This document shows positions 50,201-62,819 of a stretch of 64,000 nucleotides of DNA, piece after piece. The position numbers were made by a program, and so were the translations under genes. Source of the stretch: Lingula anatina (Eukaryota > Animalia > Brachiopoda); the NCBI GenBank assembly GCA_051362555.1, contig CM120640.1, forward strand, positions 52,740,788 to 52,804,787, given 5' to 3'. The first letter of the stretch is position 1. Each line of letters opens with the position of its first letter. Below the pieces are notes generated by a model. The model saw only the letters and a list, made by a program, of their open reading frames with translations, did no database searches and had not been told where the DNA came from.

Positions 50201-53200
50201 GTGAGACAAAGGTTAAGTGGTTTAAATTTTTGTGCCTTGATAAACCTTTAAACCAATCTAATACAAACAAAACTTTCTTTTTTTACTCAGCATGATGGAC
50301 ATAGTACAAAAATTAGAGTCCAGAATTAACTTGAGATGAAAATGTTCGGTTTCCTATCTTGCATGTAAAAGATAACCCATCAACCACATTTCATGATAGA
50401 CATGAGTAAAGATAAAGATCAGTCTATTCATAGAACAAGTTATGGCAAATTATCAAAACAAGGCAGCAAAGCTGTCAAATGTACAGACAAAAAGCAGGAA
50501 ATAACAAAATAGGCTACTGTCAATTCTGATGCAAAAGTACATTATGTTAAACTGCAAATTCAACATCAAATTCTTATTATGCTCAACAGGTAATACCAAT
50601 GTAAGTAAAATGTGTAACAAACATAAGGCTTCAGGCCCATGGGAGTTCAAGTTCACCCTTTGAAAATGTAAAACTTCCAGAAAAAGAAGTCAATTAGACT
50701 GCTTTTCCAACTCAGGCTGCATTTTAGTCCTGTATTTCTTTTTTGAAAGTTTGGCAATCATAAGAAACATGGTTTTCCCATAATGGTCATCATGGCAGCA
50801 GCACCCAAAATTGTGTTTTCTTCTATTCTGATGCAATATTACATAATGGTTACCAGCATAATGACAATCAATTTTTCATAATAAAATATACGTATCATGG
50901 ATTTTCAGAAAATGTGACAAGCATGGGTCTTCAAGCCTGTGGAACTTCAAAGTCACACCTTGAAAATGCCAATATGTGAAAAATTAAAATTTCATAAAAA
51001 AACTGTTTAACTGGCAGATTGCATTGCCTACTGAGCTATATTTTAGTCCCATGTTTCTTTCCTGTAAGTTTGAGAACAGTAAGTGACATGGTTTTTCTTA
51101 AATGGTCATCATGGGAGCAGTGCCCAAAATAGTTTTTTTTTAATTTTGATGCAATATTACATAATGTTGAACAGCATAATGACCATCAATTTTTAATAAT
51201 AAAATATTAGTATCATGGATATTCAGAAAATGTGACTAGCAAAGGTCTTCAGGCCCATGGAACTTCAAAGTCACAACTTGAAAATGCCAAAATGTAAACA
51301 AGACAGCACTGTTCTGAAATGTTTTTTTTCCATTTTTAACAATTTTTAACATAAAACAAAATTAACAGTTTACTGCCATTTTTATATGATCAACTAAAGA
51401 AATTGATGAGATGGGGAAAATATCAATAGAGCAGTGTTAAATGTCCAATTTCTTCCATTCTGAGATTCTGAACATAGTGAATGATTGAATATGACAAACT
51501 GCAATGATATGAGTTTATTTCCATTTTTGAAACTTTATTACACAATACACGATAACAAATTAACCATTTTTTTTACAAAATCAACTAACAATGTTGTAAA
51601 GATGCAGGAAATGTCAAACAAACACTTTTTATATCTTATTAATTAAATAATGAAACTGTTAACATGCCTAAGAATTGAATCTGAGAAAATGTGAAAAAAC
51701 AGCATAACTTCTAAAATAATGGCCCAATTATGCTGATCTTTTAACTCAACCTGCGTTTTAATAGGATTGACCACTCCTGTGAGTTTAATGACAATTGGCC
51801 TATCTCTTTTTCTTATATTGTGTTTACAGTGTTGCATATATGCTGAAAAGTGAAAAAAAAAGCATAACTACTAAAATAGTGGCCTGATCATGCCGATTTT
51901 CTAACTTGACCTGCGTTTTAGTAAGATAGATTACTCCTGTGAGTTTCATGACAACAGGCCTATCAGTTTTCCTTGGAATGTGTTTACAGTGTTGCATATA
52001 TGCTGAAAAGTGAAAAAACAGCATAACTTCTACAATAATGGCCCGATCATGCTGATTTTCGAACTTGACCTGCGTTTTATGAATATTCATCAGCTCTGTA
52101 AATATACAGCCAAAAAGTAAAACTGCCCTCCACTTATCGTGTTTACAAGGAAAGTGCACGGCATCGGCATCGGCATCACCATCGCCATCGGCGACGACAG
52201 ACGCAGGTGATGGCAATATGTACAGACACATCTGTGTCTGTACATAAAAAAAGGCTTGGAATATATATCATCAATTTCACACAAAGACATTTTCTTTTGC
52301 AAGTATAAAGATATATTCACCCAATTTGGAATATTTGGAATTATTCTTCAATCCTGAATCTTTAACATTTTTCATAGCTTTTAACTTTTAATCAAAAGAA
52401 TTGAATATAAAGGCTAAACTTTGCATGCGCTCAATGAGGCGATACTTAACACAAACTGACATGTCAGGTTTGAATTAGCAAGAAAGTACCACCCAATCAC
52501 TTAAGTAATAGTCCCTCACCTAAATTGTAAATACTTTAAGTCTTTATGTGTCTTGTGTCTGATGTCTGGAATTTTGATCACTCATATTTGCATCTGATGT
52601 GCCCAAATTCTCATCAAATTTCAACATTACCAGAACAAAATTGTCAGTAAAATTGCCTACACTGCCATTTTCATAAATGTCCAAATAATTTGATTTATAT
52701 TAATAATAAACAAAAAAAACTTAATTAACCTGCACATACACTATATCAAAGGAAATTGCTGATTAAGTACTTAGGCACAGTAACATAATAAACATGTTTC
52801 TTGACAACATGATGCCCTCTGATTGGCACGAGTGAAAATGACCATGTTAGTTGACCAGATGGATTCAAACCATCTATGATAGCCAATACTTCTGCCTTGT
52901 TGTTCCCATTAAAACTTTGTTGTTGAAGTTAACAGGTCACAGTTAACATGTGGGTCATCACCTCTCTTGACACCTATAATGTTTGCCAGGTGGACATAGG
53001 TAATACTAATAGCTCACAAAATTTGAAAAATAAAAGAAGATAATTTATGATACCCAAAATACTTTTTTGGAAAAAAAAAGGTAATAAATACATGCCTTGA
53101 AAGTTTATTGAAAAGTTCTGGAAAGTAAAAGGGGTTCATGCAAAAATGAGAAATCTTTTTTAGAATAACTCAAAATCTATATGGAATATGAAATTTGAGA

Positions 53201-54460
53201 GTAAAAACTGTAGTATGCCACCATCTTGCAATGCTTAGTGATTTAAGCACCCTTGTTGGAATGTTTCAAATTTAGATTTTAAGTACTAGATTTTTACAAA
53301 TGGTATAATTACCAATAATAAGTCACTTGGTCCATTCACAGCTCCTGGGCGTCCGTTTACCAATGAGGTGTGGATCTGAAAATAACATTTAATATTCTTG
53401 TTAAAAACTAACAAAAATTGTCTGTTTTGACTGTTATCATTTATATAGTAAAGTTTTAAAAAATTGACAGTGTTTTACAACAACATAAAATCCAGACAGA
53501 TGCCACAGATACCTTTGCACTCTTCCATTGAAATCTGCCTGTGTAGCTTAACAATAAATAACAGGTTTTATTTTTGTTAGCCAGGAGCATCAAAGTTCAG
53601 GAAATTACTCTACGCCCAAACTATTAGGAAAGGGACATTCACTTTTGTGTGCATCTCTGCTATGATCTATATCATCCTAGCTCTTTCATCAGATTTTATC
53701 CTGCCCTATCCCTGTCAACATCTGGGGCTAATAAACTTCACAAAATGTCCACTTCTCTCTTAAAGATGTCCTGCCAACCAACAGACAGAAGCCACCCTTC
53801 CCATAAACTATGGTTTAAGTGTATACTGTCAACAACTTTAAAGATAGTTACTTGCAACCACAGACAGAAATGCAGCTTTAAAAATTTTTAGTAATATACA
53901 AAATGAAAATATTTATCCTAAAGTCATACATTTGAAACGTTCTTAATTTTCAAGATTGGTATTTTAAGTTCTTCAATAATAAAAGCAAACATCCCAGTTA
54001 TTCTATCCCATTTAGTTAAAAAAAATGAGTGTCTCAAGCTCCTATGATTATCAAAAATCATACCACAATTAAAGGAAATCTAAAAGAGCAGCAAACAAAA
54101 GGGCATAATCTATACCAAACTGATTTCAAATGACATCTTTATATGTCAGAATTCTTAAAAAGTCTTTAAGAGTCTTTAAAAAATAAATAATAAACTTCAT
54201 TGCAAAGAAGACAATACCTCTCCATTCTCAATAGGATCCAGCCTGGAATAGAATGAAGTACAGATAACTTCATCATCCCTCCTGTAGCGTGGTCTTCCCA
54301 CTGTAGGGGGGACCCCAAAGGCATTCCAGCACTCTCCATCACTGAGAGCAAAGTATTGCCAAGGTGTAAATGTGATTCCATCCACTGATCTCTCTAGGAT
54401 CCAGTTTGCTGGGCGGGGGGAGTTGGCAGCTTTTACTATCACATAAGCAATTTGAAAAGC
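4087..54460 (-). CDS. LAMA1/2: Laminin subunit alpha-1/2-like (wing blister/LAM-3 class), 60 exons, 5'-incomplete
   Basis: Exons in transcript order: 54218-54460, 53313-53375, 49599-49718, 47578-47667, 47112-47229, 46872-46990, 46382-46534, 46023-46178, 45606-45746, 38047-38211, 34624-34728, 30237-30457, 29841-29952, 27195-27308, 26618-26841, 25999-26207, 25576-25682, 25069-25246, 24597-24703, 24037-24220, 23769-23908, 23269-23499, 22852-22992, 22267-22437, 21803-22009, 21551-21675, 21153-21261, 20598-20738, 20287-20414, 19926-20015, 19557-19750, 19035-19177, 18609-18701, 18275-18386, 17898-18042, 17480-17675, 17225-17344, 16867-17015, 14282-14420, 13738-14143, 13350-13504, 13006-13158, 12580-12734, 12061-12220, 11562-11686, 11289-11451, 10523-10670, 10174-10312, 9690-9816, 9308-9457, 8928-9067, 8176-8352, 7784-8000, 7330-7448, 6863-7064, 6283-6429, 5828-5981, 5388-5521, 4746-4962, 4087-4238. 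All GT-AG; total 9243 nt, divisible by 3. Two L4 domains and four LE repeats after LN indicate the alpha1/2 subfamily. Confidence 0.95.
8524..8715. mobile_element. PIF/Harbinger-type MITE (192 bp)
   Basis: ~50-bp TIRs GGGACCGTTCACATGGAAAGTCTATTTT... / ...AAAATAGACTTTCCATGTGAACAGTCCC, with a TTA target duplication on both sides. Confidence 0.8.
9202..9249. repeat. (TA)n microsatellite
   Basis: Perfect AT run in an intron. Confidence 0.97.
13284..13320. repeat. (TG)n(CG)n alternating purine-pyrimidine tract
   Basis: tgtgtg...tgtgcgcgcgcgcatgcgca. Confidence 0.9.
13350..19177 (-). CDS. LAMA1/2: Laminin coiled-coil domain (I/II), 10 exons, about 550 aa
   Basis: Begins CDVGCTRDL (inter-chain Cys pair), continues in heptad-rich helical sequence, ends [17 protein letters not shown] followed by IKVSL. 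Confidence 0.9.
14690..15710. repeat. 146-bp tandem satellite, about 7 units
   Basis: GGACCTATCTCTGCCAG recurs at 14765, 14911, 15057, 15203, 15349, 15495, 15641. Confidence 0.97.
15711..15919. mobile_element. Palindromic MITE (TAG...CTA termini, Academ-like) nested in HINE copy 1
   Basis: ~85-bp imperfect TIRs TAGTCAGGCGGCTCAGTCCAAATTT... / ...AAATTTGGACTGAGCCACCTGACTA. Absent from HINE copy 2. No TSD because adjacent host sequence is deleted. Superfamily is inferred from termini only. Confidence 0.7.
19557..20738 (-). CDS. LAMA1/2: Final LE repeats before the coiled coil, 4 exons
   Basis: [40 protein letters not shown]..; [13 protein letters not shown]; [22 protein letters not shown]. Confidence 0.95.
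21153..22437 (-). CDS. LAMA1/2: Laminin L4b domain, 4 exons
   Basis: [61 protein letters not shown]. Confidence 0.93.
22852..27308 (-). CDS. LAMA1/2: LE repeat array between L4a and L4b (10 exons, 10 complete LE repeats)
   Basis: Continuous 8-Cys LE patterns, e.g. [36 protein letters not shown] and [34 protein letters not shown]. Confidence 0.96.
27309..27380 (-). CDS. Candidate signal-peptide 5' extension of exon 27195-27308 (alternative first exon of a short laminin isoform)
   Basis: ATG at 27380 (context ACT ATG ATG) is in frame with the exon: [24 protein letters not shown]|VCERGHRR. Confidence 0.55.
27480..27980 (-). promoter_or_regulatory. Candidate internal promoter
   Basis: TATAA at about 27520-27516, AGATAA at 27508-27503 and 27578-27573, TGTTTAC at 27571-27565 and about 27970. 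CpGs are retained locally inside an otherwise CpG-depleted gene. Confidence 0.4.
29841..38211 (-). CDS. LAMA1/2: Laminin L4a (laminin B/IV) domain, 4 exons
   Basis: [70 protein letters not shown]. Confidence 0.93.
30820..32390. repeat. 146-bp tandem satellite, 11 units
   Basis: GGACCTATCTCTGCCAG every 146 bp from 30897 to 32357. Confidence 0.98.
32635..32928. mobile_element. Non-autonomous TIR element with 6-bp TSD (IS3EU-like), nested in HINE copy 2
   Basis: TIR TACGGAAGCCGACTGGTGCCATATG / CATATGGCACCAGTCGGCTTCCGTA. CATTTT is duplicated at 32629-32634 and 32929-32934; the empty site is visible in copy 1 (ctgcacattttgc). Five internal copies of the palindrome TATCTCGAAATTTCGAGATA. Confidence 0.85.
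36179..36358 (+). pseudogene. Harbinger Myb/SANT-like DNA-binding protein, N-terminal fragment
   Basis: [59 protein letters not shown] matches the RKPNFS..E...TN..K..AW..I Myb/SANT-like pattern. Confidence 0.8.
36377..36464 (-). pseudogene. Harbinger (HARBI1-like) transposase N-terminal stub
   Basis: [29 protein letters not shown]; [14 protein letters not shown] is typical of Harbinger transposase N-termini. Truncated at an A-run. Confidence 0.75.
38236..43966 (-). mobile_element. HINE-like element, family 2, copy A (1.5-mer: 38236-39985 plus partial repeat 39998-40312/43369-43966, interrupted by a 3-kb TIR element)
   Basis: High identity to 50457-52247. SubTIR ATGTACAGACA with adjacent inverted copy, (GCCGAT/GGCGAT)n microsatellite, terminal hairpin GACAGC-ttt-GCTGCC and CTTGTT end. 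Confidence 0.85.
40313..43368. mobile_element. 3.06-kb non-autonomous TIR element with TA TSD (Tc1/mariner/pogo-like)
   Basis: 25-bp TIR CGGTAA(T/A)GTGCCATGAATTTCGAAC with TA duplicated. The empty site aacagtttactgcc is seen at ~39121 and ~51364. Subterminal CGAAATTCATG repeats; CpG-rich; no transposase ORF recognised. Confidence 0.85.
45606..47229 (-). CDS. LAMA1/2: Laminin EGF-like repeats LE1-LE5a (5 exons)
   Basis: [21 protein letters not shown]; [32 protein letters not shown]; [23 protein letters not shown]. Confidence 0.95.
47578..54460 (-). CDS. LAMA1/2: Laminin N-terminal (LN) domain exons, C-terminal part
   Basis: [33 protein letters not shown]..; [12 protein letters not shown]; [27 protein letters not shown]; [20 protein letters not shown]. 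These are diagnostic alpha1/2 LN motifs. Confidence 0.96.
50457..52247 (-). mobile_element. HINE-like element, family 2, copy B (complete, ~1.8 kb)
   Basis: Both termini intact in T-runs; internal ~158-bp and ~310-bp degenerate tandem repeats; near-identical to 38236-39985. Confidence 0.87.
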
Positions 54461-56749
54461 CTAAAAAAGACAGATATCAGATAACACAATTGAGGTATGG
54501 ACATAGACTGTTAACTTTACAAATCAATGCTTTGAAAAATACATTAAGTATTACTAGTAACTGTATATAAATGGCGACCATAAAGACTAGATGCCTTGGA
54601 GTAGTGGGATAGTTAAAATTTCACATCTGCATCCTGGAATGTTTATTTATAACATATGTCCAAGACAATGTATTAAGATTACTGAAATATAACAGCTATA
54701 AAAAAAGTGGGGAGAAATTATGATGTACATGTATAACAGTGCAACAAGTTGGTATCAAGCTACTACCCATTCAAGTTTTTTTTAATGCTTTATGTTCAGT
54801 TAAAAAATGAATTTTCATGCACTACTGCCAATATGTTTTTGTGAACAGAAATGTTACTCTTTGATGCTGATATAACCAAATTACCCTCCCCCCAAACACA
54901 CACACACACAAAAAATATACAAATGTGTACACAGATATGATGACACACGGACAAACACACACCATACAGCAATGTTATAAATGCAACAAAGCATCAGTGT
55001 GAGAGGGGGATACAGGTAAATTTATAATGTCTTTTTGTACATTCTATCATATTTCAAATGCTGAAATTGACAAGGCCAGGATGGAGACCCTCTTCACTCA
55101 GGTGTGCTAATACAACTTACCTTTGTCCAAAACACATGCTATATGATGAAAAGCTTTTCAACACCAGCAACATCACAATGTTAAGAATTTATATTTTATC
55201 ACTAAGGCCCTTTCATGTAGCCGAAAAAGACGCCAAGATAAAAGGACAGGAATACCAAAACATGAATAAAGTGGATCTAATGACAGTTGACTTTTGGGTC
55301 AATTAAGTCAACTTTTGCGCTTCCGTGATATGGTCCATGCTCCTTTAAATGGAGACTGACAGGGAACAATTCTGTGATTGTTTGATGCTATCAGCACTTG
55401 TTTTATTGTACTTATTCACATTTATTTTATCCTGTGACAAAGTGTTGTAAATGAAAGGGACCCAAGACAACTTCAGAGGGAATATGGCATACACATTTAT
55501 TTTTAGAAAGATAAACTGATAAGGAGAGATGTTCAATTTGAAAAATTGTACAGTGATAGCTCAATTTTTCAGTCCATGAATTTCCTTTTAAGAAATAACA
55601 GAATTGAAACTAAATATTCTAATCTTCTCAAAAGTCTATAAAAGCCAGTAATCTTATTCCATTCATATTTTAAGTTGCAAAAATGACCTTTGCCACATAT
55701 TTAGATGCATTATCTTCTTGGGTGTCAAGTGGATTGACATGTTCCAATACATAGCCAAAAAGTAGAGTTTTACATACAAGGTGATCTGTATATGTGGACT
55801 TGCTTTCTTTCTACAGCTGTGCTGTAAGAGTTAGATAGGAAAAGCCAGTCATGGAACTTAGGAAACTTAGGAAAATTCAAGTTCCTTTTCATACAAAACA
55901 TGTTCCAAAAAGACATTTGTACTAGATTTCCAGCCAAGGAGCTGTGTTCTTCTTTAAAAAATTAACTTATTATTTTCAAAGTCTGAATAACTAATTTCAA
56001 TGAATAACTCTGGTCCTTTAAACTTTCAGAAAAGCAAGCTTGATAATACTTGTTTTTTTCAATTTTGGTATTTGGGTATATTAAAAAAAGCAATTTGTTT
56101 TTAAGATATTATCTTTAAGTTTACACAAATTCACTTATGAGCGAATTTTTTCTGCTCTGTTCTTTCTGATTTATACATGTGGTAATCATTTCAATTGCCT
56201 GAACTTTTCTCTCTAAGAAAAGCCCTTAGTATTTACACCTTACAAGACTTTGAAAGCCCTAGAAACAATGGAAGTGATGTCATTCATTGGCAAATCTCCC
56301 AGCTTGAAAATGCAAAAACTAAAACTTAAGTCTTGAAACACCAACCAGGACCTGACGTGACTTACATCAAACAGGCCCATTTGTCTCTGTGACAAAAATT
56401 TTAACTTACAAGAAAAAAAGGACCTGTCCCCTGATGCCCTTTTATATACTTGGGTTCTTGCAATCAGTACTTCCACTAGCTGTAAAGTGCTATGTTCTAC
56501 TATTAATTTGTCCAAATATCGGTACCTGAGGGGACAATTAAAGTAAGATACAAAAAAAGGAATGTCTGTTATACTTTTCTTCTGACATTTTGAACCATGT
56601 TGTGAACCCATGAAAACATACTAACAAGGAAATGGCAAATGTGATGGGAGGACAGATTCACATACCATGAATTCAATATTCATTTTTTCTGTAAGTTTTA
56701 AAACATTAAATTCTTGATTCTTGGGAGATTGGAAGAACACAGATTAACA

Positions 56750-56973
56750 CCCCATTTCCATAGATTTTTAGATCGATCTATCCCGGTGGGGAGTCTCACT
56801 AGATTACTGTCAGCTTGACCAGCTTAAGCGTCTGTCCCGCCTACTTAAAGCTGTAAGGGGGTAATTAACTATGGTGCCCGCTCGGCTGACTGCAATTTAG
56901 CGTGAACCCCCAGGGAGTTAGGTCGATCTAAATCTTAATCTTTAGATCGATCTAAATCTCTGGGAAGGCACCC
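56750..56973. mobile_element. Degenerate MITE-like inverted repeat
   Basis: TTCC(A/C)AGATTT(TT)AGATCGATCTA is inverted at both ends; palindrome TAGATCGATCTA is repeated; right end CCC-TAA. Confidence 0.5.
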
Positions 56974-56976
56974 TAA

Positions 56977-57229
56977 GACCCCATACCCATTGACAATATC
57001 AGTCTACGTGGATCAATCCAACTCTGTGGGGATTCTCATGAAGTTCAATCAGCTAAACCGAATGGTACACCTCCTCTTGTTTCCAACATATTCATATAGC
57101 CACCAGCACTTCTGTATTCTACTTATAGCCATGAGGAGGCTTGTCATTCAGTTAAGCTGACTGCAGCCGGCAAGTCCTCCACATGGATCCATCGTTCCAC
57201 AGACTGATGGTCACTATGGGATTGGGGCC
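56977..57229. mobile_element. Old Harbinger-type MITE
   Basis: Imperfect TIRs GACCCCATACCCAT..ATCAGTCT / AGACTGAT..ATGGGATTGGGGCC flanked by TAA on both sides. Confidence 0.55.
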
Positions 57230-60200
57230 TAAAAGTGAGGGATTTCTGGATGTTTCCTTTTTAAAGAAAAAAGTGCATTGCCATTCTGACCAGTGTAAAA
57301 TGTTCAACATATGTTATTTTTAACTTTTCAATGCTGTTGGTCCACCTGAACTGGGCTATCCAATCTAAATTACTTCTGGCAGAACTTGTTTTGACAACAT
57401 CTGTCACCACTCGACAATAGGAAAAAAAGAAAACTTTCAGAAGCTGAGTGAGATTTCACAGCATCCCCAATCTCACTTGATGGAAAATGAGTTTTTAATT
57501 GCAATTATGGCATAACTTTCCCACATGAAACAACAAAGGTTCCCTGTGAACTATCATCAGTACATTGTGACACCTAAAGTGGCATTTCTGAGTGCACTTC
57601 AATACATTTTATCTTTCCCCTATTTGGACCATTAATAGAAATACTCTACCAATAGCTAAAATACTGCTTCACAGGTATGGCTTGTGAGGTAAAACCTCCC
57701 TCTTAAAGACACCTTGTATAACATGACAGATTTGAAAACAAAAATTCTGTACACATCATTACATTCTAAGTAAATTTGAATGGATCAGTTTGCTATAGAA
57801 CCACCAAGAATACACATTGTTTAAGATTTTCCCAAGATGTACTTCACCCATAAAAGTCTAACTGTTCAAGCAAACTATTTTTGTAACCAAAAACCTATGC
57901 AAAACAAATGCCACCATCTCATTCCTCAAACACTGGCAACTGAACAGTGAGTTTATTTAAAGTGCAGCAGGCCAATCAAGCAATTAATGTGTGTTATTAG
58001 TGCTGATTCAATAACATTTGTAAGTTTTGACTACCAGAAGGGGGTTGTCAAAAAGATAACATATTTTATGTTCTTGATGATTGATCAATTGTCTTTGAAT
58101 CATCACTTCACTGATTAAATTTCATTATTTTTGCCAATTGAATAATATACCAGCCAGAAGTAGTCACAATATTTCCATAGATTACCAGTGAATAATCAAT
58201 TGACTTAGTTGCATCACTGGTCAATTGATGTTATTATCCACTGGTCAGTTATCTCAGGAGAGATAAGAGAATATAGCAGGGATGGGCAGTGGGACTCAAC
58301 CAGGAGATCAACAGACAAACAGATGACATTGTACTATCTAAGTGCTGTTGGCCCTAAATGGGACGTCAATGAGATTTTATACTGTTACCTTTACACCAGG
58401 AAAGTCAAGAGGTAAACTAGCCACATGTTTCATAAAATTATGCTAGAGATTTGGTTGATATTTAAAAGAAATTAAAAGGCCATGTAAATAATTTGATTAA
58501 CAAAACAATTTTACACTGTATTTTAAGCAAATGGTTTTATGCTAGAGGAACCTTTCATAATGCCCCCTCCAATATAATAATAAAATTATAATAAAAGAAA
58601 GAAGTAAGGCCAATACCACAGCTGTCATTTAATGAAACTTTGAATGCAGCCCATGTGCTATGACCCTCCCAGAGCATCTGGTCTACCAGGGTTGCTGCAG
58701 ACAGTTAGACAAGGGTGATAATTGAAAGTGACAGGTCACCCTCTACCACCTATGAGGAGTACAAAAACAGCTGGAAGGCTGTCAATTATATTTGTTGCTA
58801 CATACACAACCAACTTTAGATTTATACCCCATTACTTTTTGAGGTAATGGAATTTTAAAAAATTTTATCAAATCTTATATGAATATTTTTATCCATTTCT
58901 GTGTGGTTCACAGACACATTTTGCTGTTAACACTAAAAATACAGTTTAATGTCTACATATTTAAGTTAAAGATGTAGGTTTAACAAGACTTTTCATTCAC
59001 TACCAAAAAATACTTTGATAGAATTGCTTTTTTTCACACAGACACACAAAAAATAAAAAAACATGCACACATGTATCATTAACATTCTCAAGATATTTCT
59101 ATTTTAAAGCATACATGACAATGCATTCAGAGAATGTTGTACTAGTGAACATTAGGGAATAGTTTCTGCAGGACCTTTGACTCAGAATAATATACTCAAA
59201 GGCCAACAAGGTTCCTGGGTCTATATAACCAGTACAGTAACCACAAAGTACTTATCTGATATTACACCTGTCAAGGTAAACACATCATTCTACTTCAGCT
59301 CCATCTTTTTTTTGCACACTCTTCTGAAAATTCACTGATATTATGTCTCTTTTGTCACATATCATGTTTTGCATGAATGGGGGTCAGTCCCCCTAAGCCC
59401 CCTGGGGTATTATTTACCCTGACCAGGAACGGGCAGATAACAATAGGAGAAAGAAATCCCATCTCTTTTTATGATTTCCGCTCCTTTCTGTCATGTTTGT
59501 TATGGGAACACCATGTAGCAAGTCAAGCAGAAAAAAGGTCACCTAAGATTAAAGGTAGAGCCGCATAACATCTAGAGGAAAGAAAATTACCGCAGCACAC
59601 TTGACATAAGAGATACATGCCTCCAGGGGGCAGTAGCGAGGTCTCGTTGGATAAAGCTCACAGCGAGATAATTGACAGCCTCATGCCTGGCTGTGACAGC
59701 ATCATGAACATGACAAATAAAGGGACCCATTGCTAATGTTGTTTGTCTGCCAAATTAATTTTATGAACAAGCCTTCAGTAAGAGTGCCCCATATCTCCAC
59801 TTCCCATCATGTAACAGGAGACCCTATTTGATGTGCCCTCAGAGCCAAATTTGTCAAATTCTTCTATGACTTTATTATCCCCTGAATAAGCAGATATCAG
59901 CGTCTGGATCTACATGCAAAATGTGTAAAAACAACTTCACCATTGCCTGGATGTAATGTGAGATAAAATGCAGAGCCCCAAAAATGAAGGTTCATAATTT
60001 GAGGTAGTGGTGTAACAATATATATATATTCAGGATCTATGCTTTGGTGCTGGTTGTCATATCTAGAGGGCTGAAATCTGAATAATTTGAACAATTTCAA
60101 ATACCAACAGAGCTTACACCCCAGTAACATGTAAGCAAGCAGTGAGCGTGTGCCTGTGTCATTCTAAGTCATGTTGACACCCCAAATGGCAGCTGGAGGG

Positions 60201-62783
60201 TACATTTTCCCATTGACCAGCAGATTTTAACTAGCCCAAATGAAAATAATCTGGACAACACATGCTCAGTGGAATGAGAAAAGGGCTCATTAATAAATTT
60301 TTTCACCCGATATTAACAAAATATGGAGTTTTTGTCCACTTTGTTCTGAAAATATCTGCCCTTGCCCCAATGAAAAGATTGTTAGGACATCTGAGAGCAG
60401 GTCTTACTGTAATGTGGCCGAGGAGTCAGTTACATCATAACTCTAATGTAAAAATTTATAAACAAGAAGGTTAAAAAACAAGTACTTTCTGACACATTTT
60501 CTTCCATTAAGCAAGTAATTTGTTTTTGTCAATGGTGTTCCACATGAGAGAAACAACCCCACTATCAAGTACACATTCCTCTAATTAAGATGGACTAAGT
60601 ACATGTCCCACACTAGTCTGGTCACAAAAACATAGGTGTGTTTACATTTGCTTAGTTGATCTTAACATATTGTGATCCTGGCATGCATTACCGTTAAAAT
60701 GAAAATAAGAAGCTTCAATCATTTATATTTTTTGTCTTTTCAACTAATTCCTATCAGAGATAAAGAAGTCACCCCCCCCCCTTGCTTTTTACATAAACTG
60801 AAACAAGTGTGTAACAGTTTCAGATTATTAACCATGGTGTCAACACTCCTTAAAACAAATGTATATTCATCCAAAAAAATCTCCCAATATGGTGTGCTTT
60901 ATATTTTTTCATTAAATAAATCTTTTTCATGTCTGGTATACGTACTTGCTGGTTCTCATTTCAATTAAGTTACATAGAAAATTTACTTCATTTGCATGAT
61001 CTAATTGAAGCTTATATGTGCATTTGTGCATATTACTGGCTGCAAACCTTTTGCATTCATACAGAGATGCAAGTACCTCTTACCAATACAAGACTGACAG
61101 TCATGATCTCACTTAACTTCATGAAAATGTCAGATATTTTCTGCACAAGTGCTTCTGTTTGTCCAAGAAAATGCACTGTTTATCAAACCTGATGCAATAC
61201 GAACATATGAAAATACCTTAATTAATTTTCTTAAGCAACATTTAGCTGTGCAAATGATAATAGTTTACATAAGATGTCACAGGGAACCCTTTATTTAGCC
61301 TCTGCTCCCCAAGGGCAAGGAAATTAATGTGATGTTTGTTTTTCCTAAATAAAGTCAAATCCACTTAGTGCTGAAAAAGGCAAAAAAATTCACCTTTTAT
61401 GTACCGCCTGTCTGCAGGGCTTAAAACTAAAAAGTAACAAAAATAAATCCCTGATTCACTGGCCAATGCTACTTTAAAAATTCCCTTCTGTTTGAACTTA
61501 TTTGTGTTTTTCTCTCCCCCTCCTTTCACAAATATATTCCTCTCCAGTTCAACTGTCTCAATGAGAACACTGCCACAATACCTCTCATGTTTGAATAACA
61601 GCAGGCCTGCGGTTGAAAATTAATCCACCGTTTAGTGCACTGGGCTAGAAAGGCCCTTTCATACCACTGACCCTCCTCCATTCTAGTCTTTCCTCCCTGC
61701 TGCTGTCAGTACACTGTGATTTCATGGTGTAACTTTCATTGAAGCTGAAGAAACCCCTAATCTTCAGACTTAATCCTATAGTCTCTCCAACAAATCTCAT
61801 TTAAATGACCATCCTCAGAGAGATTGGATTCCTGTGTGACATTTGGTCAACTCCTGGACAAAATGTCAGCTAACTAGTGAGAAGAAATTAAATGTTTTGA
61901 ACCTGCATTTTGGTGTGCTGTGTAGGGATACTGAGTGCAAGGTAGTTGGATGGCTATAATGAAGGGGTGGGGACTGGTTCTCTCTATGGTTCAGGACATG
62001 CAACACCCTGAGCAATTATGTACACCAGTTAACTAACAGCTGTTCACTTTTTTGTTTTGCTATTTCACACATACCTCTTGCACAAAATATGTTCATATTG
62101 AGAAAAAAAAGTGAGGAAAAAACATACTTCCCTGTTAACATTGATAACAATCAGTTTTCTGATGTTTTCTCCCATTTTCTGGCATTTGTTCCATATATCT
62201 TAGTTTTATGCCAGACACTTACTATTATACAGTATATACCACCCCTTCTGTGCTACCTGAGTACTCGCTGATGGTATTTTTATGGCAATTAAGTGTTAAG
62301 ATGCATTTTAGTGTTAAACATAAATGTAAAATACCACTCTATAAATTGCACCATGTATCTCAAAAATTCCTGAACTACAGGTGTGAATTTAAACCAAAAA
62401 CAAGACCCACTCCTGTTGGAACAAGACTAATTCCTATTAAAGGACCTCCAAAATTACTTTGTACTTTCCAACACCCCCTACCCCATGGTCCCTCCCCCCC
62501 CCCCCCCCCCCCACTACCACTTTGCTAATATCTATCAAACTTGATTGCTCATACATGTATGACATGTACACAACTTAACAGAAAGTACACTATTGCAAGT
62601 AAGCATCTTCTCTTTCTCACATCTTTTTAGTAGTTCACAAAGATAAATAATTATTATTATAATAATTTTATTGAGCACTAAAATGTTTCAGTACATTTTG
62701 CAGGCCCTCTAAACTACTTGTATATATATATATACATTAAGTACAATCTAGACCTATTATCACAATAAAAATAAATAAGTAAA

Positions 62784-62819
62784 TAATAACAATAATAATA
62801 ATAATAATAATAATAATAA
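62784..62819. repeat. (AAT)n microsatellite
   Basis: About 12 AAT units. Confidence 0.9.

Noticed and set aside
51824-52231. Recurrent ORFs [13 protein letters not shown]... (also 39702, 43667) and ORFs at 15862, 32851, 33554, 33668
   Set aside because: Non-ATG or repeat-derived frames within non-autonomous elements; lengths vary between copies; no Rep/helicase motifs
55121-55175. Strong donor AG|GTAAGT preceded by MLLVLKSFSSYSMCFGQ (possible alternative first exon)
   Set aside because: Ends in phase 2 while the next laminin exon (54460) is phase 0, giving an early stop; the hydrophobic core is also weak
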